DNA of 64,000 nucleotides from Candidatus Binatia bacterium (GTDB lineage Bacteria; Desulfobacterota; Binatia; UBA9968; JAJDTQ01), in contig OY762897.2 of NCBI GenBank assembly GCA_963666515.2, positions 3,136,001 to 3,200,000 of the forward strand, in the 5' to 3' direction. Made by a program: the position numbers and the translations under genes. Below are positions 10,388-20,705 of the stretch, piece by piece. The notes below the pieces were generated by a model. The model did not search any database and was not told the DNA's origin. It saw only the letters and a list, made by a program, of their open reading frames with translations. Numbering within the stretch: the first letter of the stretch is position 1; each line of letters begins with the position of its first letter.

Positions 10388-10942
10388 ATGGAATCACGAA
10401 GTTCAACGACGCCGCCAGAGACGCCACGGCTGGAGTGCCCACTATGCGGAGGTGATGGCGTCAGGACCATTATGCACCGCCACACGTTCACCTACGGAAC
10501 CGGCGAATCCGCCTTCGACGTGAAGGTGGACCTGCCGGTGCGTCGCTGCGGCCCCTGCGACTTCGAATACCTCGACGATGTGAGCGAAGAACTGCAACAT
10601 ACCGCGCTCTGCGAACACTTCGGTGTGCTGACGCCCAACGAGATTCGTCGCGTCAGGGAACATCACGGGATGACACGCGCAAGGTTTGCCGAGGTCACTG
10701 GCATCGGCGAGGCTTCGCTGAACCGCTGGGAGAACGCACTCAACATCCAGACGCATGCCTACGACAGATACCTTCGACTGCTGGCCCTGCCCGGAGTCAT
10801 GCAGCAACTGCAGGAGATCGTGGAGAGGCGACCGTCCGTGAGAACGGATACGAGCGAGGGTGAAGATCGGTTCCGAACGCTGGAGATCACCGACGACACG
10901 CGCAGGGGCCAGGAGTCTTTTCGACTCCGCCCGGCCGCTTGA
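10388..10942 (+). CDS. MqsA-like antitoxin (zinc finger + Xre HTH) with C-terminal tail
   Basis: CPLC...CGPC, then LTPNEIRRVREHHGMTRARFAEVTGIGEASLNRWE. Confidence 0.85.
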   Translation: MESRSSTTPPETPRLECPLCGGDGVRTIMHRHTFTYGTGESAFDVKVDLPVRRCGPCDFEYLDDVSEELQHTALCEHFGVLTPNEIRRVREHHGMTRARFAEVTGIGEASLNRWENALNIQTHAYDRYLRLLALPGVMQQLQEIVERRPSVRTDTSEGEDRFRTLEITDDTRRGQESFRLRPAA

Positions 10943-10947
10943 TCCTC

Positions 10948-11802
10948 ATGTACGTTACGACCTTCTATTCGTTCAAGGGCGGCGTCGGCCGGACCATGGC
11001 CCTGGTGAACGTGGCTGTCGCGCTCGCCAACAGGGGCCATCGTGTCCTCGCAGTGGACTTCGATCTGGATGCACCCGCACTGGACACCTTCGACGTCATG
11101 CGGCCCCGCGAGCAGGTGCCCGGCATCATCGACTTCGTCAACGAATACCTGGTTTCGGGGCAAGCCCCGGATGTGCAACGTTTCATTGGCGAGACCGCCC
11201 ACACAGGCGGAAAGGGCGGCGGACTGTGGCTCATGCCGTCCGCCCGGCGCGAAACATACTCCGCCAACTTCCACCATATCGACTGGAGGGCGCTTTACGA
11301 GGAGCGGGACGGCTATCTGCTGTTCGAAGACCTCAAGGAGCAATGGAGACGCTTCGTCGAGCCCGACTACGTTCTGATAGATTCGTGCACGGGACACACC
11401 GACGCCGGCGGCGTTTGCACGCGCCAGCTCCCCGACTCCGTGGCCGTCTTGTTCATTCCAAACGAACAGAACCTGCGCGGCCTCACACGGGTGGTCCGGG
11501 ACATCCGAGCCGAAGCCTCGGAACCGCGCTGCAAGGCCATCACCCTACACTTCGTCATGTCCAACGTGCCCGACCTGGACGACGAAGACGGCGTCCTGAG
11601 CGACACGATCAAGGCGTTCCAGGAACAGCTTGGCTTCCGGCGCGAGCCCTTCATCGTGCACAGGAACGACAGCCTGTCCTTGCTCAATCAGGTAGTGTTT
11701 ACCCGGGATCGCCCGACAAGCCGTCTGGCTCGGGAGTATAGAGAACTGGTCCGAGAAATCGCCGGACACGACGCGGTCGAACGCGAGGGCACGGTGGGGT
11801 AG
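10948..11802 (+). CDS. ParA/MinD-like ATPase with variant Walker A (SFKGGVGRT)
   Basis: TFYSFKGGVGRTMAL, VDFDLDAP, YVLIDSCTG. Confidence 0.85.
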   Translation: MYVTTFYSFKGGVGRTMALVNVAVALANRGHRVLAVDFDLDAPALDTFDVMRPREQVPGIIDFVNEYLVSGQAPDVQRFIGETAHTGGKGGGLWLMPSARRETYSANFHHIDWRALYEERDGYLLFEDLKEQWRRFVEPDYVLIDSCTGHTDAGGVCTRQLPDSVAVLFIPNEQNLRGLTRVVRDIRAEASEPRCKAITLHFVMSNVPDLDDEDGVLSDTIKAFQEQLGFRREPFIVHRNDSLSLLNQVVFTRDRPTSRLAREYRELVREIAGHDAVEREGTVG

Positions 11803-11857
11803 ACAGCCGTCCGGCGCGACAAGTCTCCGCCCCGGGCACAGCCGGACACCAACACCC

Positions 11858-12499
11858 ATGGTCGATATAGGTTCACTTCACATAACCGGCATGCAGTGGC
11901 ACGCCGGGCGCCTGTGGCTTACGTCCGCCGGCACATCCATGGTGTTGACCTACGACCCTGCCACTGAATCCTGCGAGGAGATCCTTTCACTTCCCGATGT
12001 GTGGCACGCCTGCCCGTCCAGCGAAGGCGTCTGGCTCATCGCGGGCGGGGGCCGGTTGGGCCAGCAACTGCTCCTCTGGTCACCCGAAACGAACCGGATG
12101 ATACGCCGTTTCGACTGCCCGGACGGCGCCGCCTCCGGCGTCACGGTCGTGAACGACAAGCTGTGGCTGAGCCACCGGCGCAACCGCAAGCTCTTCTGCA
12201 TGGACCCGGAGAAGGGCCGGAACTTGTGGACGATCCGCATGGAGCACCAAGTCCTCAGCCCCACGTCTTATGGGGACGAACTCTGGTGCGTCGAATGCGA
12301 CCCTGGGCCCCTCGGCGACTGGAGTGATGAGCGCCAGGCGGTCTACGCCTTTCTCCACTACGACCCGGTGCGCGAACAGGTCGTGGAGCGCATTTCCGTC
12401 CCTTTTCGCCCGGCGTGTCTGGCCTTGAACAGCGGACAGTTCTGGTATGCCCTGGATGACGAAACCGGGGTGCGCTCCCGGACCAGGCCGGCGCCCTAG
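11858..12499 (+). CDS. Hypothetical beta-propeller-like protein
   Basis: Repeated G-x-LW strand motifs (AGRLWL, EGVWL, DKLWL, DELWC, GQFWY). Confidence 0.55.
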   Translation: MVDIGSLHITGMQWHAGRLWLTSAGTSMVLTYDPATESCEEILSLPDVWHACPSSEGVWLIAGGGRLGQQLLLWSPETNRMIRRFDCPDGAASGVTVVNDKLWLSHRRNRKLFCMDPEKGRNLWTIRMEHQVLSPTSYGDELWCVECDPGPLGDWSDERQAVYAFLHYDPVREQVVERISVPFRPACLALNSGQFWYALDDETGVRSRTRPAP

Positions 12500-14175
12500 G
12501 ACCGGCTCACCTCCGCCGGCTGCATCCGGCAATGGCAGGACGAAGCGATCTCCACGTCGCTCCGGGCAAGCGCCGCGGCCAGCGACGGCGCAACGGCTGC
12601 GGCCTCCCGGTCGCGGCCCATGCGTTGCAGGCACTCGTGGTAGCCGTGCAGGCTCCAGACGTTGTCGCGGTTCTGCAGGCAGCGTCTGACGGTATCGTCA
12701 AGGCCGAGGTCCGCCCGGTAGACCTGTTCGGCCTCCTCCAGTTGTCCCTGCTCCAGCAGCAGGGCGCCGAGGGCGTGGCGGGGCGGATGCATCCACGGCC
12801 AGGGTTCGCTGTAGCGCAGGCGGTCGTTGAGACGGACGGCCTCTCGCAGGTGCGCGAAGCCGGCCTCGTGGTTTCCCTTGTGGTAGGCCATCTCTCCGTA
12901 AAGCATCTCCCGGGCAACGGCCATGACGTTGAGCGCGGTGTCGTTGGCGTAGATGCGGTCATCGGGCAGGGCGGCGCAACCGGCGTCGAAGCGTGAGCGT
13001 TCCCTGTCTGCCGCCTCGAAGTCACCGAGGGCAGCGTGGGCGACCCCCTTGGCATAGTGGACCATGAGCATCGTGGTCACGTAGAGCTCGGGGTGAGCGG
13101 GCATGGGGGCGGCCACGATCTCGTGCCACCGCCCGAACCGTACCGGCACGTGGATGGTCCCGGAGCGGAAGTAGTCCAGGGTCTGGACCAGGGTCGGGCG
13201 GTCCTGGCGGAGCAGCTCCGGCGTTACGGCCTCATCGATCATCCGCGCCGCCTCGTCCGCGCTGCGGTAGTCTCCCAGCAGCATCCCCGCGTTCATCATG
13301 GCGTGGAGGTGGTGGCAGCGGGCGGTGGTGTAGAAGTTGAACGGGCCCGCGTGTCGCGCGTACTTCCGGTCGGCGGCGGCCGCCATCCGGCTTACCTCCA
13401 GCCCATCCGCGTAGCGGCCGCACTGGAAGTAGATATGGGTAGGCATGTGGTCGAGGTGGCCGTTGTCGGGACAGAGGGGGCGCAGTTGGTCCGCCGCGGC
13501 AAGGGCGTGCTCGGGTGTCCGCGACATCTCCATCACGTGGATGTACATGTGGAGCATGCCCGGATGCGGCGGCTGTCCACGGTCGTGCCGTTGCCGCATG
13601 CCCGTCTCCAGCACTTCGCGGGCCTCGACCGTATCGGCGCCTTCCGCCGGCTTACCGGTGTCGAGGTCCCAAAGCTCCCAGGGCGTGCGGGTGATAAGGG
13701 CCTCGGCGAACAGAGCGACCACGTCCGAATCTTCGGGGAACCGGCGGTACACGCCGCGCATGGCCGCGGCGAACGCATCGTCCCACGCCGAGAACTCCTC
13801 CACCGCACCCGCCACGCCGCGCGGGTACCGCTCCGGCAGCGCCTCGATAAGGGCGCGCTCGACGGGAGCGGCGCCCCGGCGCCGCGCCATGGCCGCCCCG
13901 GTGGCGGCGAAGCAGTTGGCGAGGGCGGCCTGGCGCTCCGTTTCGCTCTGCCACTGCCAGGGCAGGTTGATGAACGGCCCCGCGGCAAAGGCCTCGCCCC
14001 AGCGGGCCATGGCGCAGGACGGGTCGGCACGCTGCGCTTCCCGGAAGCAATGCACCGCCTCCTCGCGGTTGAAGCCGTAGAACCACAGAAGCCCGCGGTC
14101 GAACCAGCGTTGGGCGTCGCGGTTGCTGGTGGTGATCGGCCGGGAATAAGCGCCGAGGTCGAATTCGTAACCCAC
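12496..14175 (-). CDS. TPR-like helical repeat protein
   Basis: AQRWFDRGL...YGFNREEA, HMYIH, HLDHMPTHI, PPRHALGALL. Confidence 0.8.
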   Translation of the reverse strand: MGYEFDLGAYSRPITTSNRDAQRWFDRGLLWFYGFNREEAVHCFREAQRADPSCAMARWGEAFAAGPFINLPWQWQSETERQAALANCFAATGAAMARRRGAAPVERALIEALPERYPRGVAGAVEEFSAWDDAFAAAMRGVYRRFPEDSDVVALFAEALITRTPWELWDLDTGKPAEGADTVEAREVLETGMRQRHDRGQPPHPGMLHMYIHVMEMSRTPEHALAAADQLRPLCPDNGHLDHMPTHIYFQCGRYADGLEVSRMAAAADRKYARHAGPFNFYTTARCHHLHAMMNAGMLLGDYRSADEAARMIDEAVTPELLRQDRPTLVQTLDYFRSGTIHVPVRFGRWHEIVAAPMPAHPELYVTTMLMVHYAKGVAHAALGDFEAADRERSRFDAGCAALPDDRIYANDTALNVMAVAREMLYGEMAYHKGNHEAGFAHLREAVRLNDRLRYSEPWPWMHPPRHALGALLLEQGQLEEAEQVYRADLGLDDTVRRCLQNRDNVWSLHGYHECLQRMGRDREAAAVAPSLAAALARSDVEIASSCHCRMQPAEVSRS

Positions 14176-14190
14176 GGGTTGCTTCCTTGC

Positions 14191-15108
14191 TCAGTGCCGC
14201 CGGACGCGCGGATCCAGCGCGTCGCGCAGCCCGTCGCCCATGTAGTTCACGCTCAATACGGTAAGCGAAATGGCCAAGCCCGGCCAGAGGACGCGCGCCG
14301 GGGCGATCTCGAGGAACGGGACGCCGTCGAAGAGCAGCCGGCCCCAGGTGGGGAAATCGGAGGGGAAGCCCAGGCCCAGGAAGCTCAGGGCGCTCTCGGT
14401 GATGATCGCGTTGGCGATGCCCAGGGTGGCGGCGACGGTGATGGGGCTCAGGGCGTTGGGCAGGACGTGGCGCAGGATGATGTAGCGCGGGGCCGCGCCC
14501 ACGCCGCGGGCGGCGATGACGAACTCCCGTTCCTTGACGGCCAGCACCTCGCCGCGCACCAGCCGGGCGGTCTGCATCCAGCTCGTCAGGCCGATGACCG
14601 CCACGACCAGGATGAAGATGCCGGCCTCGGGTCCCAGGGCGGCGCGCAACGGATCCCGGAACAGCATGATGCCCACCAGCAAGAGCGGCAGCACCGGCAG
14701 CGCCAGGAAGAGGTCGGTGAGGCGCATGAGCGGACCGTCGAGCCCGCGGAAGAAACCGGCCATGACGCCGACGAAGGCGCCGAGGGTCAGCGACAACACC
14801 ATGGCGGCGACCCCCACGGCCAGGGAGATCTGCCCGCCCGCCAGCACCCGCGCCAGCGTGTCGCGGCCGAGGTTGTCCGTGCCCATGGGATGCGCCAGGG
14901 AAACGCCCTGGTTGCGGGACAGGTAGTCGAGATACTGGGGATCGACGCCGTAGAGCGCGGCGCCCAGCAACACCCCCAGCGCCATCAACGCGAACACCGC
15001 GGCGCCGGCCACCGCGCCCTTGTGGCGCCGGAACTGCTGCCACACGCCCCGGGCGGGCGGGCGATGCTGCGGCGCCGCGGCCGTGAGATCCGCGGAGGCG
15101 TCAATCAT
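14191..15108 (-). CDS. Peptide ABC transporter permease (DppC/OppC type)
   Basis: HPMGTDNLGRD, EAA-like loop, ESALSFLGLG. Confidence 0.93.
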   Translation of the reverse strand: MIDASADLTAAAPQHRPPARGVWQQFRRHKGAVAGAAVFALMALGVLLGAALYGVDPQYLDYLSRNQGVSLAHPMGTDNLGRDTLARVLAGGQISLAVGVAAMVLSLTLGAFVGVMAGFFRGLDGPLMRLTDLFLALPVLPLLLVGIMLFRDPLRAALGPEAGIFILVVAVIGLTSWMQTARLVRGEVLAVKEREFVIAARGVGAAPRYIILRHVLPNALSPITVAATLGIANAIITESALSFLGLGFPSDFPTWGRLLFDGVPFLEIAPARVLWPGLAISLTVLSVNYMGDGLRDALDPRVRRH

Positions 15109-16114
15109 AACGAATCCTCGGATCCAGCACCCCGTAGAGCACGTCCGCCACGAGATTGAACCCCACGATGAGCACCGCGAAGATGAAGGTCACCGTCTGC
15201 ACCGTGGGGATGTCGCCGCCCTCGATGGCGCCGATGAGCAACTGGCCGACGCCGTTGATGCGGAAGATCTGCTCGGTGATGATGGCCCCGGCGAAGGTCG
15301 TCGGCAGCCCCAGGGCGATGACCGTCACCACCGGGATCAGGCTGTTGCGCAGCACGTGGACGAGAATGACGCCGCGCTCGGCCACCCCCTTGGCCCGGGC
15401 CGTGCGCACGTAGTCCTGGTTCAGGTTCTCGAGCACCGCAGAACGGGTGAAACGGCTGAGCTGCGCCGCGTTGAAGAGCCCCAGCACCATCACCGGCATC
15501 ACCATCTGGCGCACCTGGACGAGAAGGCTTTCCAGGTCGGTCACCCGGTGGGTGGTGTCATAGATGGACGGGAACCAGTCGAGCCCCACGCTGAAGACCA
15601 CGATGAGGACGGTCCCGGTGAAGAACGTCGGCACCGAGAACCCCACCATGGTGACGAAGGTGCCCACCTGGTCGAAGACCGAGTACTGGCGGCAGGCGGA
15701 GAGGACGCCCACCGGCACCGCGATGAGGACCGCGACGATATAGGAGACGCCCACGACGGTCAGGGTCTGCGGCAGCCGCTCCGCGATCAGGTCCACGACC
15801 GGCGCGCGCGTGGCCCAGGAGCGCACCCGCAGGCGGCCGGCGGAGTCGCCGATCTCGATGCCCCACAGCCGCTCCAGCAGGTTGAGGGGCTCGCTCACCA
15901 GGAACTGCTCCAGCCACTTGAGGTAGCGGACGTGGAACGGCTGCCCGAGGCCCAGGCTCTCCCGGATGGCCTGCCGGGTCTCGGGCGGGATGGTCAGCGG
16001 AAGCTGGGCGGTGGGATCACTGGGGGCGAGGTCCAGCAGCGCGAAGACGATGAAGCTGATGACCAGGAGCGTCGGGACCGCGAAGAGCAGGCGTCTGGCC
16101 ACGTAACGTGACAT
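15101..16114 (-). CDS. Peptide ABC transporter permease (DppB/OppB type)
   Basis: DYVRTARAKG, LDPRIRY. Confidence 0.93.
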   Translation of the reverse strand: MSRYVARRLLFAVPTLLVISFIVFALLDLAPSDPTAQLPLTIPPETRQAIRESLGLGQPFHVRYLKWLEQFLVSEPLNLLERLWGIEIGDSAGRLRVRSWATRAPVVDLIAERLPQTLTVVGVSYIVAVLIAVPVGVLSACRQYSVFDQVGTFVTMVGFSVPTFFTGTVLIVVFSVGLDWFPSIYDTTHRVTDLESLLVQVRQMVMPVMVLGLFNAAQLSRFTRSAVLENLNQDYVRTARAKGVAERGVILVHVLRNSLIPVVTVIALGLPTTFAGAIITEQIFRINGVGQLLIGAIEGGDIPTVQTVTFIFAVLIVGFNLVADVLYGVLDPRIRYD

Positions 16115-16192
16115 GGGCGCGACTCATGTCGAGGGCAAATCTGGTGTGCTGTCCGGTCGTCCGCTCTCGCGTCCACGAACTTGGCTATCACG

Positions 16193-17902
16193 CTACTTCC
16201 GCCGGCGCCACTCCTGGATGTTCCACTGCAACGCGTCCCAGGCGTTGATCCGCACCCCGCCCAGGGACAGCGCGTGCGCGCCCACTTCGCCGCGGTGGAC
16301 CAGCGGGATCATCGCGCCGTAGTCCATCAGCATGTCGTTCAGGCGCTTGGCGATGGCCGCGCGCTTCTCGATGCCCGCGGTCTTGGCCAGCTCCGCCGCG
16401 AGCTTCTCGTATTCCGCGTCGCAGTAGCGCGGCATGTTGTTGCCGATCCACTGGTTGTGGGGGCCAGGGATCTCTTTGCACAGCCAGCCCTGCATGTAGG
16501 CCTGGGGATCGGTGCCGTTGAACTGGTTGGCGTACATCTGGATGTCGGCGTAGAACTTCTGGTAGGTATCCGGGCTCGCCGGGTCGCTGCCGAAGAACAC
16601 CGACGCGCTGATGTTCTTTAGCTCGGTCTCGACGCCGATCTGCCGCCACATCTGCTTGATCAGCGCCTGGGTGCCCTGGCGCACGGAATTGGTGGAGGTC
16701 TGGTAGAGGATCGAGAGGCGCACCCCGTCCTTGGCGCGGATGCCGTCGGGTCCGCGCGCCCAGCCGGCTTCGTCCAGCAGCTTGTTGGCGGCGGCGACGT
16801 CCTGGGTCTTGCACCAGTCGTTGGCCGTGGAGGCGTACACCGGCGGCGCCGGCAGGACGTTGCAGGTCACCCGGCCGGCCTGACCGTAGCCGGCCTCCAC
16901 CAGGATGTTGCGGTCGATGGCCAGGGACAGCGCGCGCCGCACCGCCGGGTCCGAGAGGAAGGGGTGGGGGTTCTTGCCGTCCTGCCAGGTGGACCGCTTG
17001 TCGCCCAGCGCGGGATCGGGATTGGTGAGCTGCACGATCAGCCGCTCCACCAGGGTGCCGAAGGCCGACACCACCCTGCCCTTGCCCGCCTTTTCCATGG
17101 CGGCGAGGATCTCGGGCTCCACCTGGAGGTTCCAGGCGTAGTCGAACTCGCCGGTTTCCAGCACCGCCCGGGCCGCGGACACCGCGTCGCCGCCGCCCTT
17201 CACCAGAACCGAAGAGAAGGCCGGCTGGTCCGGGTTGCGGTAGCGCTCGTTCATCTCGTAGCGCACCACGTCGTTGGGCCGGAACTCCTTCACCTTGAAG
17301 GGGCCGGTGCCGACGGGACCGAAGTTCTGTTGGGTGCACTCGGGCGCCCTGGCTCCCTGGCAGCCCTCGAACTGCTTCTTCTGAATCACCGGGCAGGTGG
17401 AGCCCACGAACGGCCCGTAGGGGAAAGGCATCGGGACCTCGAAGGAGATCCGCACGGTGTGGTCGTCCACCGCCTCCACCGCGGCCACGTTCTCGAACCG
17501 GGGCGCGGCGTTGCACCCACCGTCCGGGTGCATGCAATAGGCCGCGGTGAAGGCGACGTCGGCCGCGGTGAACGGCGTCCCGTCGGACCACGTCACGCCC
17601 TTGCGGAGCTTCCAGGTGATCGACTTGAGGTCGGCCGCGACGCCGCCGTTCTCGACGGTGGGGATCTCCGCGGCCAGCGCCGGAACCATGTTGGCGTTGT
17701 CGTCGTAGCGCGCCAGCGGCTCGATGACGAAGGCCGCGGCGTGGATGTCCTTGGTTCCACCGGAGAGGAACGGGTTCAGGATCGACGGCGCCTGCCAGTA
17801 GAGCATCTTCAACTCGCCGTCGGCGCCGCGCTGCGCGTACGCCGCGGTGGCGAACAAGACCAGGACGGCTGCTGTCAACATCAAACCGCGCAGTCTCGAC
17901 AT
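16193..17902 (-). CDS. Peptide ABC transporter substrate-binding protein (family 5)
   Basis: Signal peptide; WKLRKGVTWSDGTPFTAADV, GTGPF. Confidence 0.92.
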   Translation of the reverse strand: MSRLRGLMLTAAVLVLFATAAYAQRGADGELKMLYWQAPSILNPFLSGGTKDIHAAAFVIEPLARYDDNANMVPALAAEIPTVENGGVAADLKSITWKLRKGVTWSDGTPFTAADVAFTAAYCMHPDGGCNAAPRFENVAAVEAVDDHTVRISFEVPMPFPYGPFVGSTCPVIQKKQFEGCQGARAPECTQQNFGPVGTGPFKVKEFRPNDVVRYEMNERYRNPDQPAFSSVLVKGGGDAVSAARAVLETGEFDYAWNLQVEPEILAAMEKAGKGRVVSAFGTLVERLIVQLTNPDPALGDKRSTWQDGKNPHPFLSDPAVRRALSLAIDRNILVEAGYGQAGRVTCNVLPAPPVYASTANDWCKTQDVAAANKLLDEAGWARGPDGIRAKDGVRLSILYQTSTNSVRQGTQALIKQMWRQIGVETELKNISASVFFGSDPASPDTYQKFYADIQMYANQFNGTDPQAYMQGWLCKEIPGPHNQWIGNNMPRYCDAEYEKLAAELAKTAGIEKRAAIAKRLNDMLMDYGAMIPLVHRGEVGAHALSLGGVRINAWDALQWNIQEWRRRK

Positions 17903-18181
17903 GACACGTACCTCCTCGCCTGGATGCACACGTTGCGATTATAGAGAACCATTTTTGACATGGGTAGAGGCGAAACCAGCACCAAGAGTACCGTTGACCC
18001 CTTCCCGATCGCAAGCCAAGTTTGCCAGTACCCACAGGAACGGACAAGCTTCAAGAACACCTGAGCCACGCAACCCTTCCCCGCCAATGGGCCGCCGTAG
18101 ACGCCTTCCAGCTTGCCCGACCATGTCATCCGGGCTACTATCTACGGCATCGAAACGCTATGAATCCGAAGGGAGAAAGCC

Positions 18182-19288
18182 ATGTCCCAACAACGCATCA
18201 TCGACGCCGACGGCCACGTCATGGAGCTCGACGACGAGCTTCGCGACTACATCGGCGGCCCCTATGCCGAACTGGAATGGCACCGGTCCTACGGTTTCTG
18301 GCCGGGCCTCACCATGGACGGCTACCTCCGCTCGCTCAGGCAGCCCGGCGGCTGGGTCGGCGGCGGCACCGGACCTAACGCCCAACATTGGCTCGACTTC
18401 CTCGACAAGAACGGCATCGAGATGACCGTGCTGTACCCGACCCAGGGACTGACCCACGCGGCCATCCGCGACCACGAGTGGGCCATCACCATGGCCCGGG
18501 CCTACAACGACTGGCTTTACGACCGCTTCATGCGGGTGAGCCCGCGCCTGGTGGGCGTGGCGCTGCTGCCCATCCAGGACATCGACGAGGCCGTCAAGGA
18601 GCTTCGCCGCGCCGTCGAGGAACTGGGGATGGTGGGCGCGGTGCTGCCTTCCGCCGCCCCGGGCGGGAAGCTGTTCAGCGGACCCGACTTCCACCCCTTG
18701 TGGGAGGAGGCCCAGCGGCTGGACGTTCCGGTGTCGCCCCACGGCGGCATGAGCTTTCCGGACCTGGGCATCGACGACACCCGGAACTTCATGGTGGCCC
18801 ACACCCTGGAGCACCCGTTCGCGCAGTTCCGGCAGATCGTGGCGATGATCTGTGAAGGCGTGTTCGAGCTGTTCCCCAGGCTGCGGTTCGGCGTGCTGGA
18901 ATGCGGCGCGGGCTGGGTCCCCTACCTGATGGACCGCCTGGACGAAGAGTACGAGCGCAAGGGCCACTACTCGCCCAACTGCAAGCGCAAGCCCAGCGAG
19001 TACTTCCGCGAAGGCAACATCTACTTCGCCGCAGAGGTGGAGGAGACGCTGCTGCCCGAGACCGCCCGGCTGGTGCCGGAGCACACCCTGCTATGGGCTT
19101 CGGACTATCCCCACGAGCGGGACCAGCGGGACTTCAGCGAAGACATCCCGCACCTGCTGGGCCGCGAGGACATGAGCGACGAGCTGAAGCACAAGATCCT
19201 GTTCGAGAACCCGCTACGGTTCTACCCGCGCCTGCGGGCGCGGCTGGATGCCACCGCGGTGGCATCCAGGGAGGCGGCCGCTAGCTGA
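18182..19288 (+). CDS. Amidohydrolase family 2 protein
   Basis: [24 protein letters not shown]. Confidence 0.88.
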   Translation: MSQQRIIDADGHVMELDDELRDYIGGPYAELEWHRSYGFWPGLTMDGYLRSLRQPGGWVGGGTGPNAQHWLDFLDKNGIEMTVLYPTQGLTHAAIRDHEWAITMARAYNDWLYDRFMRVSPRLVGVALLPIQDIDEAVKELRRAVEELGMVGAVLPSAAPGGKLFSGPDFHPLWEEAQRLDVPVSPHGGMSFPDLGIDDTRNFMVAHTLEHPFAQFRQIVAMICEGVFELFPRLRFGVLECGAGWVPYLMDRLDEEYERKGHYSPNCKRKPSEYFREGNIYFAAEVEETLLPETARLVPEHTLLWASDYPHERDQRDFSEDIPHLLGREDMSDELKHKILFENPLRFYPRLRARLDATAVASREAAAS

Positions 19289-20144
19289 ACAGGACCTTGG
19301 CCATCTCCGAGCGGAAGCGGTCGGCAAGCTCGCTCCGCCCCAGGACCTCGAAGATCTGCACCATGGCCTTGCGGGCGCCGTCGTCCTCGAAGGCGCGGTC
19401 CTGCTTCAGCACGGTCAGGAACTCTTCGAGCGCGGCCTCGTAGCGCTCCTCCGCGGCCAGCGCCTGGGCCAGCCGGAAACGCAGGTCGATGCGGTCCGGG
19501 GCCGCAGCCAGATCCTGCCGCAGGGACTCCACGTCCGCGCCGTCCCCCTCGCTGAGCTTGTGGCGGGCGATCAGCCGGTCGGCCTCGTTCCGCTCCGGGC
19601 CGCCCGGGGGAACCCGCTCCAGCAGGGAAAGGGCGCGCTCCGCGTCCGTCTCCAGGAGCCCGCGCCCCAGACCCAGGAGCGCGCCAGCATGGTGAGGCGA
19701 CTCCTCCAGCACCCGCTCGTAGATGGCCAGCGCCGTGCCGGCCTTGCCCTCGGCCCACAGTTCATCCGCCTCCGCGGCCAGCTCGTCCTCGCGCGAGGGC
19801 ACGACGCGGTCCAGGATTTCACGGACGCCGGCTTCCGGCAGCGCGCCGGTGAACTCCGCGGCCAGGGCGCCGTCCTTGAAGACCTTGACCGCCGGAATCC
19901 CCTGGATGCCGAAGCCGGCCGCCAGCTCCTGGTTCTCGTCCACGTTGACCTTGGCCAGGAGGAACTTGCCGCCGTATTCCTCGGCCAGCCGCTCCAGCAC
20001 CGGACCCAGCACCCGGCACGGCCCGCACCACGGCGCCCAGAAGTCCACCGCCACCGGCGTCTCTCCGGAGCGCTCCAGCACCCGCGTCTCGAATTCGGAC
20101 TGGTCGACGTCGAAGACCAGCGCTTCCGTATCCTCGCCCATCAC
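19281..20144 (-). CDS. Thioredoxin-TPR chaperedoxin (YbbN/CnoX family)
   Basis: [10 protein letters not shown] followed by a TPR region. Confidence 0.9.
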   Translation of the reverse strand: MMGEDTEALVFDVDQSEFETRVLERSGETPVAVDFWAPWCGPCRVLGPVLERLAEEYGGKFLLAKVNVDENQELAAGFGIQGIPAVKVFKDGALAAEFTGALPEAGVREILDRVVPSREDELAAEADELWAEGKAGTALAIYERVLEESPHHAGALLGLGRGLLETDAERALSLLERVPPGGPERNEADRLIARHKLSEGDGADVESLRQDLAAAPDRIDLRFRLAQALAAEERYEAALEEFLTVLKQDRAFEDDGARKAMVQIFEVLGRSELADRFRSEMAKVLFS

Positions 20145-20145
20145 C

Positions 20146-20631
20146 CTACTTCCTGCTCGGGTCGAAATCGGCGCCGTTGAGCGTCACCCGCGTCTCCACC
20201 GGGGTCGGCTTCATGACCGTCTGCATGATGTAGCAACCCTGCTCCGAGTTGCGGATCACCGCGGCCACGCGTTCCGGAGGCTCGCCGGACTCCACGTCGA
20301 GCTTCGTCTCGACGCCGACGCCTTCGGCCTGCACCGTCTCCCGCAGCACCGAGCCCTCGTTCCTGAAGCGCGCGGTCACGTGCACGCGCGCCTTGTCGAT
20401 CTTCACCTTCATCATTTCCCCGTACCGGGAAAGCTGGGTGAGCAGTCAGAATCCGATGGAAAGCGCGAAATACGCCATCGGCGGCGGCGCCGTGTTGTCG
20501 CCGCCGATGCGCCCGCCCTCGTCGCACATCACCGTGAAGCCGCGCGCCTCGCCGCGCTTCTGCTGCCGCTCCAGCATCTCGGCGTCAGCCTCCATCACGA
20601 CTTCGCGTTTGACGATCATGTCGTCCGCCAT
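20146..20631 (-). CDS. OsmC/Ohr-like protein with in-frame UGA (20446-20448), probable selenoprotein
   Basis: ORFs 20446..20631 and 20146..20415 share a frame: [22 protein letters not shown]; second Cys in EQGCYI. Confidence 0.8.
20415..20432 (-). promoter_or_regulatory. Candidate bacterial SECIS hairpin
   Basis: Minus strand TTTCCC-GGTACG-GGGAAA; the loop G lies about 20 nt 3' of the UGA. Confidence 0.55.
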
Positions 20632-20705
20632 ATATCAACCTCCAGGATGCCTTTGCCCCGAAGGGTAGCCCATAGCCCCGGCACCGTCAATTTGCGTCGA
20701 TCTCC

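Noticed and set aside
17903-18181. Riboswitch or sRNA in the SBP/amidohydrolase divergent region
   Set aside because: No convincing conserved motif or long stem identified
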